Both the position numbers and the translations under genes were made by a program. The notes beneath the pieces were generated by a model. The model did not search any database. It was not told the origin of the DNA and saw only the letters and a program-made list of their open reading frames with translations. Shown here one piece after another: positions 54,058 through 64,000 of a DNA stretch of 64,000 bases (its first letter is position 1; every line of letters starts with the position of its first letter). The stretch is from an uncultured Acidobacteriota bacterium (GTDB lineage Bacteria; Acidobacteriota; Blastocatellia; RBC074), in NCBI GenBank assembly GCA_963796275.1, contig CAWCKY010000006.1, positions 640,001 through 704,000 of the forward strand. The letters run 5' to 3'.

Positions 54058-54397
54058 ATGCTCCAATCGAACCGGGTTTTTGAAACCAGATCCTCTGTCG
54101 CGTAGCTCACAAGAGCGCAGCGATCGCGCTGCCAGAACTGATCTCAGTCACGCTTTATGGCCTTCGAAAAATAAAAGCAACCACGCGGTTCCGGTAGCGT
54201 AGGGCAGTCCTGCTAGACATTTTTCTCTCCTTACCGCATACGCATATCGATTCTACGGTCACGTTTGTGTCTGCTCCGGCTCGTGATTGCGTATATTTTT
54301 AAAGACCATAGATGCCAGGTTAAGATGTGTTGCCGCTGATCGGCAGCAAAGTTGCAGTTCAACTAACCAACCTCAATCAATTGCTGTTATTTTTCTC

Positions 54398-55294
54398 CTA
54401 GAGCCCCGCCATTCTTTCGAATATCCGCAGCAGACTCTGTGTACCGTCATCGCCGCGGCCTTCGGCTTCGACGGCCGCGAATAGTTGACGCGCCAGTGAG
54501 GCAGTCGGCAGCGGGGTATGATTCGCGTCGGCCGCCTCGAGCACCAGGCGCAAATCTTTCTGCTGCAAACGAACCATGAACGCCGGTTTGAAATCGCGCT
54601 CTATCATCTTCTTTCCCAGGATATCGAGCGCCCAGGAATTGGCTGCGCCGCCGGTCAGAGCCTGATGCAGCGTTGCCAGGTCGAGGCCGGCTTTGGCCCC
54701 GAAGGTCAATGCCTCGCAGACGGAGAGCATATTGACCGCGGTCATAATCTGATTGCAAAGCTTGGCCGATTGGCCGTTGCCCGCAGGTCCGAAGTGCGTG
54801 ACGCGCTTGCCCATTGCCTCCAGGACCGGGCGCGCGCGTTCGAGAGCCTTGGCGTCGCCTCCGACCATAATCGTCAAAGTCCCCTCGATCGCTCCTTTCT
54901 CGCCCCCCGAGACCGGCGCATCGAGCCACTCCAGGCCTTTGGATCGCGCTTCTTCAGCCAGTTCGCGCGTTACCTGGGGCGAGATAGTGCTCATATCGAT
55001 AATGATCGTGCCGGGTTTCGCCGACGCGAATATCCCATTGTCGCCTCGTGCGACGGCGATGACATCGGGTGAATCCGTGACGATGCTGATGATGACCTCA
55101 CTTAGGGCGGCCACTTCTGCCGCGGAGCCGGCGGCATTCACTTGACCGAGCGATGAATTCTCGGCGGTAAATTTTTCAGCCTTGCCCGGTGTACGCGTTG
55201 CGACCTTCAAATTGAACCCCGCTCTGAGCAGATTACGAGCCATCGGAGCGCCCATAATTCCCAGGCCGATCAACCCAACTTTGCTAACTTTCAT
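54398..55294 (-). CDS. Beta-hydroxyacid dehydrogenase (3-hydroxyisobutyrate/tartronate semialdehyde reductase family)
   Basis: IGLGIMGAPMA, DMSTISP, DAPVSGG, LTIMVGG, KLCNQ and KDL. Confidence 0.93.
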   Translation of the reverse strand: MKVSKVGLIGLGIMGAPMARNLLRAGFNLKVATRTPGKAEKFTAENSSLGQVNAAGSAAEVAALSEVIISIVTDSPDVIAVARGDNGIFASAKPGTIIIDMSTISPQVTRELAEEARSKGLEWLDAPVSGGEKGAIEGTLTIMVGGDAKALERARPVLEAMGKRVTHFGPAGNGQSAKLCNQIMTAVNMLSVCEALTFGAKAGLDLATLHQALTGGAANSWALDILGKKMIERDFKPAFMVRLQQKDLRLVLEAADANHTPLPTASLARQLFAAVEAEGRGDDGTQSLLRIFERMAGL

Positions 55295-55602
55295 TTTCTA
55301 TTCTCCTTTGCGACCAAAAAACGAATAGGCGAAGAGGATGCGAGCAGGAGATATCTGCGTTCTCACCCGTTCTCTTCGGTCTAACGCGTTTTAGTTTGAT
55401 TCTCCAGTGAGACGTGCATGATCGAGACATCAAGATGGCGACTATGTTAAATTGTCCTTCTCACTTTCCAATCGACCAAGTAATAATAATTAGGAAAGAC
55501 GGAACCCGATCCATCATCAGGTCGCCATGGGGAGTCAAGTTCCTGAGCGCCGAATCATAACGCAATTGACATTTGGCGGAAAGGCTCAATAGGAGGAAGC
55601 AT

Positions 55603-57636
55603 ATGCGTAGTCTCATCTCTTCGTTACTCGTGATTGCGCTGGGACTGGTAGTCTTTGCGCAGTCGAAACAGCGTCTACTCGATAAAGATACTTTCATGGA
55701 GATGGAATCGGTTGGCAATCCGGCGATTTCATCCGATGGTAGATCGATCATCTTCACCCGCACCTGGGTGGATAAATCGAAGGATCAATATCGAAGCAAC
55801 CTATGGATCATCGATGTCGACGGCTCGCGCGTGCGTGAACTCACGAGCGGCGCGCGGAACGACAGTTCTCCGGTATGGTCTCCGGACGGCAAGCGGGTGG
55901 CCTTTCTATCCGATCGTGACGGAACCAACCAGCTGCACGTGATGTGGATCGACACGCGCGAAATGGCACAGCTCACACGGCTCGAACAGGCGCCGAATAA
56001 TATCGATTGGTCGCCCGATGGGAAATACATCGCATTTACTTCATCAGTGCCGGACAATGACCCGGTGCTGTCGGTGAAACTGCCTGAGAAACCAAGAGGT
56101 GCGGAGTGGGCCAAGCCGGCGGTCGTGGTCGACCGTCTGCAATGGGCGTCGGATGGGCGCGGTCCCTTGGCGAAAGCGAATACGCACGTCTTTGTGATCG
56201 ATGCGACTCTCGGAGGAACTCCGCGCCAGATCACAAGCGGCAAATACAATCACACCAGCTTCGATTGGTCTGCCGACGGCAAGACTATCTATATTTCCGG
56301 CACTCGCAAGCCGGAAGCCGAATACCTGCGCAATGATAGCGAGATTTATGCGGTTGATCCGGCAACCCTCGCAATCAAGCAGTTGACCGATCGTAAGGGG
56401 CCCGACACCAACCCGGAGACCTCGCCGAACGGCAACTGGATCGCGTACTCCGGCAACGACGATAAACTATTCACGAATCATGTCGGCAGCATCTATCTGA
56501 TGGACAAGCAGGGGGGCGGCAAACGTCTGTGGGCGACAGACCTGCTCAGCTCGCCGCAAAACCTGTCTTGGGCAGCCGACAGCTCGGGGGTCTATTTCAC
56601 CGTCGAAGAGAAAGGTTCTTCGCACATCTATTTCGTTGCACTCGATGGAAAAAAGCGCAAAGTCACGGATGGTGTACAGATACTCAGCGGCGTGTCGCTC
56701 TCGGCCGGCGGACAGGCTGCCGTCGTCCGCACGAGTTTTCAAGCGCCCGGCACACTCGTTACTTTCAATTTAAAAGATGCGGCCAAGATGACCGAACTGG
56801 TGGACGTGAACAGCGATGTGCTGTCAAATGTCAAACTCGGTGAGGCCGAAGAGCTGTGGTTCACATCGAAGGACGGCCTGAAGGCTCAAGGGTGGCTCGT
56901 GAAGCCCGCGAATTTCGAAGCGGGAAGGAAATACCCGATGGTGCTGTGGATTCACGGCGGACCATGGTCGATGTATTCGGTCGCATGGAACTGGGCCTTT
57001 CAGAACTTCGCGGCGAATGGTTATGCGGTATTGTATACCAATCCGCGGGGTTCAACGGGCTACGGCCAGGATTTCGTCAATGGCATTCAGTATTCGTATC
57101 CCGGCAAAGACTACGACGATCTGATGGCTGGGGTCGATGCTGCGATCGCGAAGGGGTTCATCGACGATAAGAACCTTTTCGTCTGCGGAGGCAGCGGCGG
57201 CGGCGTGCTGACCGCCTGGATCGTCGGCCACACCGATCGATTCGCGGCGGCCGTTTCGATGCGTCCGGTAATCAACTGGCATTCATTCGTCGGAACGACC
57301 GATGGGGCGAGCTGGTACCATCAATTTCAAAAGCGCCCCTGGGAAGACCCGATGGAATTCGCGGTGCGCTCACCGCTGCATTATGTGGCGAATGTCAAAA
57401 CGCCGACGATGGTGATGACGGGCGAGGCTGACCTGCGCACGCCGATGGGGCAGAGCGAAGAATATTATCGCGCGCTCAAGATGCTGAAGAAAGAGACATT
57501 GCTTGTGCGGATGCCGGATGAATTCCACGGATGGCGGCGCCCCTCGCATCAATTGCTGCAGCAACTCTATCTGCAGGCCTGGTTTGAGAAGCATATGCGA
57601 AAAGATGCGGCGAATGCCAAAGCAGCGAGTAATTAA
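55603..57636 (+). CDS. Exported S9-family peptidase with PD40 beta-propeller
   Basis: AGGAGG SD; WSPDG repeats; IHGGP, NPRGSTGYG, GGSGGG nucleophile, DLRTP and FHG. Confidence 0.94.
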   Translation: MRSLISSLLVIALGLVVFAQSKQRLLDKDTFMEMESVGNPAISSDGRSIIFTRTWVDKSKDQYRSNLWIIDVDGSRVRELTSGARNDSSPVWSPDGKRVAFLSDRDGTNQLHVMWIDTREMAQLTRLEQAPNNIDWSPDGKYIAFTSSVPDNDPVLSVKLPEKPRGAEWAKPAVVVDRLQWASDGRGPLAKANTHVFVIDATLGGTPRQITSGKYNHTSFDWSADGKTIYISGTRKPEAEYLRNDSEIYAVDPATLAIKQLTDRKGPDTNPETSPNGNWIAYSGNDDKLFTNHVGSIYLMDKQGGGKRLWATDLLSSPQNLSWAADSSGVYFTVEEKGSSHIYFVALDGKKRKVTDGVQILSGVSLSAGGQAAVVRTSFQAPGTLVTFNLKDAAKMTELVDVNSDVLSNVKLGEAEELWFTSKDGLKAQGWLVKPANFEAGRKYPMVLWIHGGPWSMYSVAWNWAFQNFAANGYAVLYTNPRGSTGYGQDFVNGIQYSYPGKDYDDLMAGVDAAIAKGFIDDKNLFVCGGSGGGVLTAWIVGHTDRFAAAVSMRPVINWHSFVGTTDGASWYHQFQKRPWEDPMEFAVRSPLHYVANVKTPTMVMTGEADLRTPMGQSEEYYRALKMLKKETLLVRMPDEFHGWRRPSHQLLQQLYLQAWFEKHMRKDAANAKAASN

Positions 57637-57671
57637 CTGAAGCGTGTGCGAATTAAACAGTCTCGCATCTC

Positions 57672-57820
57672 AGCGCCGGAGGCGCATAATGTCTATAGCT
57701 CACGATCCTAACCATAACCTGAGCTCCGGAGGAGCCACATATGAATGCCTGCCTGTCGCTCCTCCGGAGCTCGTGAGGCTTTGGTGATCGTATATATAAA
57801 CAGCACGCGCCGCTGGCGCT
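57672..57820. repeat. Palindromic element, family 2, copy B
   Basis: AGCGCCGGAGGCGC..GTCTATAG..GAGCTCCGGAGGAGC-CACATATGAATGC..GCTCCTCCGGAGCTC..TATAAAC..GCGCCGCTGGCGCT. Confidence 0.75.
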
Positions 57821-57966
57821 CAGGTCCGAAAATGCTGATTCCAATTAACTTTTATTTGCACAGTCTTCAATTAACTTGCCTTCTCAGGGATTAACTGAAC
57901 TTTAAATAGCTGCGTCTAGCTCACGCTATGAGTTTAACGATGCCTGCGTCTGCGTGATTTTTCAGG

Positions 57967-58599
57967 ATGAAGCATATTATTTTACTCGGCGACTCGATCT
58001 TCGATAACAAGGCTTATGTGAAAGGCGGGCTCGATGTTATTACACATCTGGGCGGGAACATCCCCGCTGAGTGGAGGGCGACACTTCGAGCAGTCGATGG
58101 CAGCACGGTTGAAAACGTAAGAAGCCAGGCTTGCGATCTGCCCGCTGATGCAACACATTTGATCGTCAGCGCGGGGGGAAATGATGCGCTTTTTCAAGCT
58201 GATATATTACAGCAGAAAGCCGAGTCGAGTGCAGAGGTGCTGAATAAACTGGCTGATATTGCCGCAACGTTTGAAAGTCATAACCGCGAGATGCTACGTG
58301 GTTTGTTGGCACTGGGAAAGTCGACTGCTGTTTGCACGATTTACTATCCGAGAATACCGGATCCATCGATACAGAAAATTGCGGTAGCTGCGCTCACAAT
58401 CTTCAACGATGTGATAATCAGGCAGGCCTTTCTGGCCGGCGTACCATTAATCGACCTCCGTTTAGTCTGCAGTGAAGAAACTGACTATGCCAATGAGATA
58501 GAGCCTTCGGAAGCGGGTGGAAGAAAGATTGCTGAGTCTATTGTACGTTTAGTCAAAGAGCATAATTTCGATAATCGCAGAACAGAGGTTTATATTTGA
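57967..58599 (+). CDS. SGNH/GDSL hydrolase family protein
   Basis: LLGDSIFDN, SAGGND and ANEIEPS. Confidence 0.88.
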   Translation: MKHIILLGDSIFDNKAYVKGGLDVITHLGGNIPAEWRATLRAVDGSTVENVRSQACDLPADATHLIVSAGGNDALFQADILQQKAESSAEVLNKLADIAATFESHNREMLRGLLALGKSTAVCTIYYPRIPDPSIQKIAVAALTIFNDVIIRQAFLAGVPLIDLRLVCSEETDYANEIEPSEAGGRKIAESIVRLVKEHNFDNRRTEVYI

Positions 58600-58638
58600 T
58601 CATCGCGCCTAACAGGCTGGGAAAGGACCGAAACGAGA

Positions 58639-59463
58639 ATGAAATTGTTAGAGGGTAAATCAGCAATCATCACCGGCTCCGGTCGGGGCATCGGCCGCGC
58701 CATTGCAGTTCTCTTCGCACATCACGGCGCGCACGTTGTCGTCAATGACGTCGACGGGGAGCTGGCCGAAGGCGTCGCCAATTCGATCAATGCGGCCGGG
58801 GGCGTTGCTACGACATGCGTTGGCAGCGTAACCAGATACGATTTCCCCTATCGCATCGTGAGAACAGCGATCGAAAATTTCGGCAAACTCGATATTATCG
58901 TCAACAACGCAGGCTACACGTGGGATGCGGTAATCCAGAACATGACGGACGAGATGTGGGAGGCGATGATCGATGTGCACCTTACCGCACCATTCCGGAT
59001 TATCCGTGCCGCCGAGCCCTATATGCGCGAGATTGCCAAGCAGGAGATCGCCGAAGGCAAGCGCGTCCATCGAAAGATCATCAATGTCTCGTCCACTTCA
59101 GGAGTCGCCGGCAATGCGGGACAGGCAAACTACGCGGCGGGAAAGATGGGCGTGGTTGGCTTGACGAAGACGATGGCGAAGGAATGGGGGCGGTACAACA
59201 TCAACGTCAATGCAGTCGCTTATGGATTTATCGAAACGCGACTGACTGCTGCCAAGGAAAATCAACAGCCGGCGGAGATCGGCGAAAATCGCATCCAGCT
59301 CGGTATTCCGGAACAGATGCGCCAGACGGCAATGCAATTCATTCCGCTCGGGCGTTCCGGCACGCCGGAGGAAGCTGCAGGGCCGGTCCTGTTTCTCGCC
59401 TCGTCGTTAGCGGATTATGTTACCGGACATGTTTTATTGGTTACCGGCGGATCGTATTTATGA
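58639..59463 (+). CDS. Short-chain dehydrogenase/reductase (3-oxoacyl reductase-like)
   Basis: TGSGRGIG, NNAG, NVSS and GQANYAAGK. Confidence 0.93.
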   Translation: MKLLEGKSAIITGSGRGIGRAIAVLFAHHGAHVVVNDVDGELAEGVANSINAAGGVATTCVGSVTRYDFPYRIVRTAIENFGKLDIIVNNAGYTWDAVIQNMTDEMWEAMIDVHLTAPFRIIRAAEPYMREIAKQEIAEGKRVHRKIINVSSTSGVAGNAGQANYAAGKMGVVGLTKTMAKEWGRYNINVNAVAYGFIETRLTAAKENQQPAEIGENRIQLGIPEQMRQTAMQFIPLGRSGTPEEAAGPVLFLASSLADYVTGHVLLVTGGSYL

Positions 59464-60635
59464 AACCACTTGATGGAATAACCGTTCTCGACCTCACTCG
59501 TCTATTGCCCGGCGCAGTCGCGACGATGATGCTCGGCGATTTCGGCGCGGATATCATCAAAATCGAAGAGCCCGGACTCGGTGATCCAGCGCGCCAATCG
59601 CGTGCGGGCATCAAACAGCCGGGCGCTTACTTTCTCGCCACCAATCGCAACAAGCGCAGCATCGCCATCAATCTCAAACAACCGGCAGGACGGCAAATTT
59701 TTCTGGAACTGGCGAACAAAGCCGATGTCGTCGTTGAAGGATTTCGACCCGGCGTGATGGATCGATTAGGCATTGGCTATGAAATTTTGAAAAAACTCAA
59801 TCCGCGACTGGTTTATTGCGCGATCACGGGTTATGGACAGGATGGGCCATATCGCGGGAATGCCGGGCACGATATCAACTACATCAGCATAGCAGGTCTG
59901 CTCGGTGTAAATGGAATGGCAGACGGGCCGCCGGTAATTCCCGGTGTGCAGATCGCCGACCTCGCGGGTGGCAGCATGCACGCGGTGATCGGCGTTCTTC
60001 TTGCCTTACAAGCTCGGGAACGGACGGGCGAAGGTCAGATGGTCGATGTCTCGATGATGGACGGATCGCTGGCGATGATGTTCGTCCCGTTTGCGGCATA
60101 TCTCGCCAACGGCGCGCAGCCACAAAGGGGCGCCCAAGGCTTGTCGGGACGTTACGCGTGCTACCAGGTTTACCAGACAAAAGATGGGCGTTTCCTCGCG
60201 CTCGGCGCGCTCGAGCCGAAGTTTTGGGTGAATGCCTGCCGTGTCCTGGGGCGGGAAGATTTGATCGAGAGACAATTTGTCGATAACGAGCAGCCGGAAT
60301 GTATTCGCGCACTATCCGACATTTTTCAGACGAAGACCGCACGCGAATGGCTCGCGGCATTTGAAGGCGTGGACACCTGTATCGCCCTCATCAAAGATCT
60401 CGCGGAGATGATCGACGATCCGCAGGTAAAGCATCGAGGGTTGATCGCTGAGATTGAACATCCAGAATCGGGAAGGATCAAACAGATCGCTCCAACTGTG
60501 AAGCTATCGGCAACGCCGGGCGAGATGCGATCGCCGCCACCGCTGCTTGGTGAGCATACGAGCCAGGTGTTGAATGAGCTTGGATATTCCGATGACACCA
60601 TAAAAAAGCTTTCGCGTGATGGTGTGATTGGATAG
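59460..60635 (+). CDS. CaiB/BaiF family III CoA-transferase / alpha-methylacyl-CoA racemase-like
   Basis: ATGA overlap with the SDR; PLDGITVLDLTRLLPG, NRNKRS, EGFRPGVM, GYGQDGPY and GHDINY. Confidence 0.93.
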   Translation: MKPLDGITVLDLTRLLPGAVATMMLGDFGADIIKIEEPGLGDPARQSRAGIKQPGAYFLATNRNKRSIAINLKQPAGRQIFLELANKADVVVEGFRPGVMDRLGIGYEILKKLNPRLVYCAITGYGQDGPYRGNAGHDINYISIAGLLGVNGMADGPPVIPGVQIADLAGGSMHAVIGVLLALQARERTGEGQMVDVSMMDGSLAMMFVPFAAYLANGAQPQRGAQGLSGRYACYQVYQTKDGRFLALGALEPKFWVNACRVLGREDLIERQFVDNEQPECIRALSDIFQTKTAREWLAAFEGVDTCIALIKDLAEMIDDPQVKHRGLIAEIEHPESGRIKQIAPTVKLSATPGEMRSPPPLLGEHTSQVLNELGYSDDTIKKLSRDGVIG

Positions 60636-60646
60636 ATGGAAAATTA

Positions 60647-60766
60647 CAGTTTGGAGTTCAGTTTGGAGTTCCGCTTTCAGGCGGTCTTCACATAACCATC
60701 GTTATACGAGATTCCAATCGCTTAAAGACCGCCTGAAGGCGGAACTCCGAAACGGAACTCCAAACT
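60647..60766. repeat. GGAG-type REPIN, family 4, with duplicated termini
   Basis: (CAGTTTGGAGTT)x2-CCGCTTTCAGGCGGTCTT ... AAGACCGCCTGAAGGCGGAACTCCGAAACGGAACTCCAAACT. Confidence 0.75.
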
Positions 60767-60782
60767 AACCGAGGAGTTGAAG

Positions 60783-61811
60783 ATGAAAGCTGCCGTTTTG
60801 CATTCATTCGCAGAACCATTAGTTATAGAAGAAGTCGCCACGCCAGCGCCTGGTCCGGGCCAACTGTTGATCAAAGTCGCCGCTTGCGGCGTCTGCCATT
60901 CGGATTTGCACCTGGCATTGGGCGAATGGGATTTACTAAGACCGATTACGAAATTGCCATTAATTCTCGGTCACGAAGTCGCCGGCACAATCGAGGCGGT
61001 CGGCGATGACGTGACAGGTTTTGCCATCGGAGATCGCGTCGGAGTGCCCTGGTTGCACTACACCTGCGGCGAATGCGAGTTTTGCTCGAACGGCCGAGAG
61101 ACTCTGTGTTTGAAGCAACAAGTAACCGGATGCACCGTCGATGGCGGGTTCGCCGAATTCGTCAAGGCAAATGCCAGCCATACTGCGAAGCTTCCTGCTG
61201 AATTGAGTTTTGAAGAAGCCGCTCCGCTGCTTTGCGCGGGATTGACTGTTCACAATGCGATGAAGAGATGCGGCGTGGGTGCGGGGCAAAAAATTGCGAT
61301 CTTCGGGATCGGCGGACTTGGCCACCTCGCGATCCAACTGGCAAAGGCCAGGGGCGCGCAGGTGATCGGCGTCGATATCGCCGACGACAAGCTTGAACTG
61401 GCGCGAGAATGCGGCGCGGATTTAGTAGTTAATGGCGCGACGACACAGGCCTACAAAGAGATAAAGAAGATCAGCGGGGGCGGAGCACACGTCGCTATGG
61501 TGACCTCGGCGTCTCGCGCCGCCTATGAAACCGCGCTGCGTTCGTTGCGGCGGGGCGGAACTCTTTCGGTCGTGGGTATGGCGCCCGATCCTATCAGCGT
61601 TTCAACCGTATCGTTGGTGTCGGGTGAGTATAAGATCATCGCTTCCGCCGTTGGAACGCGAGAAGATCTGCATGAGGTGTTGCAAATAGCCGCCGAAGGC
61701 AAGGTTAGATGTAAGATCGAGATGAAAGAGTTGGCGGAAGTCAATGGAGTAATGAGCGATTTGAAGGAAGGCCGGTTGGTTGGGCGGGTGGTTTTACGCA
61801 GCAAATTTTGA
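60783..61811 (+). CDS. Zinc-dependent alcohol dehydrogenase, AdhP-like
   Basis: CGVCHSD, GHEVAG, GDRVGVPWL, CGECEFC and GIGGLG. Confidence 0.94.
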   Translation: MKAAVLHSFAEPLVIEEVATPAPGPGQLLIKVAACGVCHSDLHLALGEWDLLRPITKLPLILGHEVAGTIEAVGDDVTGFAIGDRVGVPWLHYTCGECEFCSNGRETLCLKQQVTGCTVDGGFAEFVKANASHTAKLPAELSFEEAAPLLCAGLTVHNAMKRCGVGAGQKIAIFGIGGLGHLAIQLAKARGAQVIGVDIADDKLELARECGADLVVNGATTQAYKEIKKISGGGAHVAMVTSASRAAYETALRSLRRGGTLSVVGMAPDPISVSTVSLVSGEYKIIASAVGTREDLHEVLQIAAEGKVRCKIEMKELAEVNGVMSDLKEGRLVGRVVLRSKF

Positions 61812-61818
61812 GAAGGAC

Positions 61819-61874
61819 TGACCACAAAAGCATAGAAATGATCACAGAAGATGCGATTTCCGTGCTTTTGTGGT
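61819..61874. terminator. Hairpin between convergent adh and xylB
   Basis: GACCACAAAAGCATAGAAAT ... ATTTCCGTGCTTTTGTGGTC. Confidence 0.55.
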
Positions 61875-61884
61875 CGTCGCACGC

Positions 61885-63405
61885 TCAAACCAATCTGCGA
61901 TGCTCACTGAAGGCTGAGCCCAGATCGCGTACCAAGTTATCGTGCAAAGCCTGCATCTTCCGATATACCGACACTCGCTCAGCATCAGGTCTGGTCCGCG
62001 TTTGTTCGTCGAGAGCTACGTAGCGGCTGCAGAGGTCTTCAATACTGGCGGGATCACTATTGTTTTTGCGATAAGCCCACGCCGCTTGAATGGCTGCACC
62101 TGCAGCTGCCCCTTCTTCATTCTTTACGCAGACAACCTCGGCATCGAAGACGTCTGCGAGAATCTGCCGCCATACACTGCTCTTCGAGCCGCCGCCAGTC
62201 GCTCTTATTTCGCGCGGTCGAATCCCCAGCTCGCGCAATCGATTCAAGCCGTAATTTAAACCGATGGTCGTCCCTTCCATCGCCGCCCGCGCGAAATGAG
62301 CGATGGAAAACGTCCTGTCACGCAGGCCGAAGTAAACGCCCGTCCCATCCGGCACGTTCGGCGTGCGCTCGCCCTCGAAGAAGGGAATCAACATCAGTCC
62401 ATCGTTGCCGGCGGGTGCCGATGCCGCGGCTGCCGATAAATCGTCATGCGATAGATTGAAACGCTCGCGGACCATCTCGGTTGCAACAGTGACGTTCATC
62501 GTGCAGACGAGCGGCAGCCATCGCCCTGTCGAATCGCAGAAGGCCGCGACCTCTCCTTGCGGATCTATCACCGGCCTCGAGGAGCAGGCATATATCGTCC
62601 CGGATGTGCCGAGGCTGACCGTGACGGTTCCCTCGCGTACGTTGCCGGTGCCGATGGCCCCCATCATATTGTCACCGCCGCCCGAGCTGACAATGACCTT
62701 TTCACTCAGGCCCAACTCATCGGCCCGGTCCCGACTGAGCCTGCCTGCGATCTCATCCGATTCGATCAACGGCGGAAGCATTTCGATTACTGCCGGATCG
62801 ATCGCGCTTATCGCCTCGCGCGACCATTTACGACTGCGGATATCGAGCAAGGCCGTTCCCGAAGCGTCGCCGTATTCCATGGTTTTGCGCCCGGTCAGGA
62901 AGAAATTGATGTAGTCGTGCGGCAACAAGATCCAGCGCAGCTTTCTGTAGTTCTCCGGCTCGTTTTTTTTGAGCCAGAGAATTTTGGACGCGGTGAAGCC
63001 TGCAGGTATGCCATTCCCGACGGCCGCAATCGTTTTATCCAGCCCTCCCAGCTTATCGATGATCTCTTCGCATTCAAGGCTCGTGCTTGTGTCGCACCAG
63101 AGTTTGGCAGCACGAATGACCCGATCGTTTTGGTCGAGCGCGACAAAGCCGTGCTGCTGTCCCGAAACGCCGATGCCCCGCACCTCGTTGCGATCAATGC
63201 CCGATCGGTCGAGCACCTCTTTGATCGTCTCGCGCACAGCCTCGATCCATCCCTCCGGGTGCTGCTCCTTGTAGCCCGCGGGAAGACCCTCGATCAGGTC
63301 ATACGATCTGCTCGCGCTTCCGATAATCTCTCCGCTCGCCCCATCGAGCAGGATCGTTTTGGTGCTCTGTGTGCCGCTGTCGATGCCAATGAAATATTCG
63401 CTCAT
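61885..63405 (-). CDS. xylB: Xylulokinase (FGGY family)
   Basis: GIDSGTQSTK, SGQQHG, LWCD, GDASGT, GGGDN, SLGTSG, GERTP and TGGGSKS. Confidence 0.9.
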   Translation of the reverse strand: MSEYFIGIDSGTQSTKTILLDGASGEIIGSASRSYDLIEGLPAGYKEQHPEGWIEAVRETIKEVLDRSGIDRNEVRGIGVSGQQHGFVALDQNDRVIRAAKLWCDTSTSLECEEIIDKLGGLDKTIAAVGNGIPAGFTASKILWLKKNEPENYRKLRWILLPHDYINFFLTGRKTMEYGDASGTALLDIRSRKWSREAISAIDPAVIEMLPPLIESDEIAGRLSRDRADELGLSEKVIVSSGGGDNMMGAIGTGNVREGTVTVSLGTSGTIYACSSRPVIDPQGEVAAFCDSTGRWLPLVCTMNVTVATEMVRERFNLSHDDLSAAAASAPAGNDGLMLIPFFEGERTPNVPDGTGVYFGLRDRTFSIAHFARAAMEGTTIGLNYGLNRLRELGIRPREIRATGGGSKSSVWRQILADVFDAEVVCVKNEEGAAAGAAIQAAWAYRKNNSDPASIEDLCSRYVALDEQTRTRPDAERVSVYRKMQALHDNLVRDLGSAFSEHRRLV

Positions 63406-63487
63406 AAACACCTACGATATTGGTGACCGGAGGCTGAGGCGACATATCGATAGCTCCCATCCTCAACCTCCAATCCCAGCCCAGTTC

Positions 63488-64000
63488 TCAGCTGGGACTG
63501 ACAAACGTATTTTTCAGCGTCCCAACCTTGTCAATAACTACTTCAAATACATCTCCGTCTTTCAGTAATCTCGGCGGTTTGCGAAAAACGCCCACACCCT
63601 CGGGCGTCCCGGTTGCTATGACGTCGCCTGGTTCCAGCGTGATCGCCTGCGTGATGTAGCTGATTAAATATGCGACGCCGAAGATCATCATTTTCGTATT
63701 CGACGACTGCATCACTTCGCCATTCAATATCCCTTCGATTTTCAGCGATTGTGGATCGGGGATTTCGTCCTTGGTCGTAATGAACGGGCCAAGCGGAGCG
63801 AAGCCGTCAAGGCCTTTCCCGCGCACCCATTGGCCATCGCTGAATTGCAGGTCGCGTGCGCTGACATCGTTCAAACAGGAATAGCCGAATACGTATGAGA
63901 GCGCGTCGGTTTCGCTGACTTTGCTTGCGCGCCGGCCGATTACGACTGCGAGCTCGGCTTCGAAATCGATCTGTTCGCTGATTGAATGCAGGCTGACAGG
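63488..64000 (-). CDS. Fumarylacetoacetate hydrolase family protein, 5' part outside the window
   Basis: The frame continues upstream of the listed ORF (IDFEAELAVVIG..GYSCLNDVSARD); GKGLDGFAPLGP and GDVIATGTPEGVG. Confidence 0.92.
   Translation of the reverse strand, partial: PVSLHSISEQIDFEAELAVVIGRRASKVSETDALSYVFGYSCLNDVSARDLQFSDGQWVRGKGLDGFAPLGPFITTKDEIPDPQSLKIEGILNGEVMQSSNTKMMIFGVAYLISYITQAITLEPGDVIATGTPEGVGVFRKPPRLLKDGDVFEVVIDKVGTLKNTFVSPS

Noticed and set aside
54341-54356. sigma54-like CGGCAG-CAAAG-TTGCA on the plus strand
   Set aside because: It points antisense into a gene end, overlaps a short hairpin and has no enhancer boxes; probably chance.
58815-59459. 215-aa N-terminal extension of the CoA-transferase ORF
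   Set aside because: It overlaps the SDR in another frame; the family motif starts at ATG 59460 with an ATGA overlap.

Overview
Bacterial chromosomal window, mostly housekeeping genes. It looks like a diderm with moderately high GC in coding regions; Acidobacteriota/Blastocatellia is a guess from gene content, not tested. It opens in an IS4-family transposase whose right end sits in the loop of a GTAG-type REP hairpin. Core genes include kdsB, def, glnS, gltX, a phosphohexomutase, an NDP-sugar pyrophosphorylase, tsaD, mtnA, asd-lysC-thrC, tesA/ybbA/ybbP and xylB. I saw no rRNA, tRNA or CRISPR array. Main signals: (1) a tightly linked SEDS (RodA/FtsW) - membrane PP2C/TPR - membrane Ser/Thr kinase/SH3-like - FhaA-like operon with no adjacent PBP; (2) a DUF486 - DUF350 - lipoprotein methyltransferase - GspS-like ATP-grasp cluster; (3) a predicted sigma54 mini-regulon, in which the USP and SulP genes share -24/-12 promoters and tandem GTGGCA-N3-TGCCAC boxes next to an NtrC-type two-component pair; (4) rich intergenic repeats: several REP/REPIN families, a 19 x 24-bp hairpin array growing from a REPIN end, and many inverted heptamer arrays that supply stop and start codons; (5) a frameshifted PDZ-TM-GAF-SpoIIE sensor phosphatase. 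All family calls come from motif recognition by eye; no searches were run.
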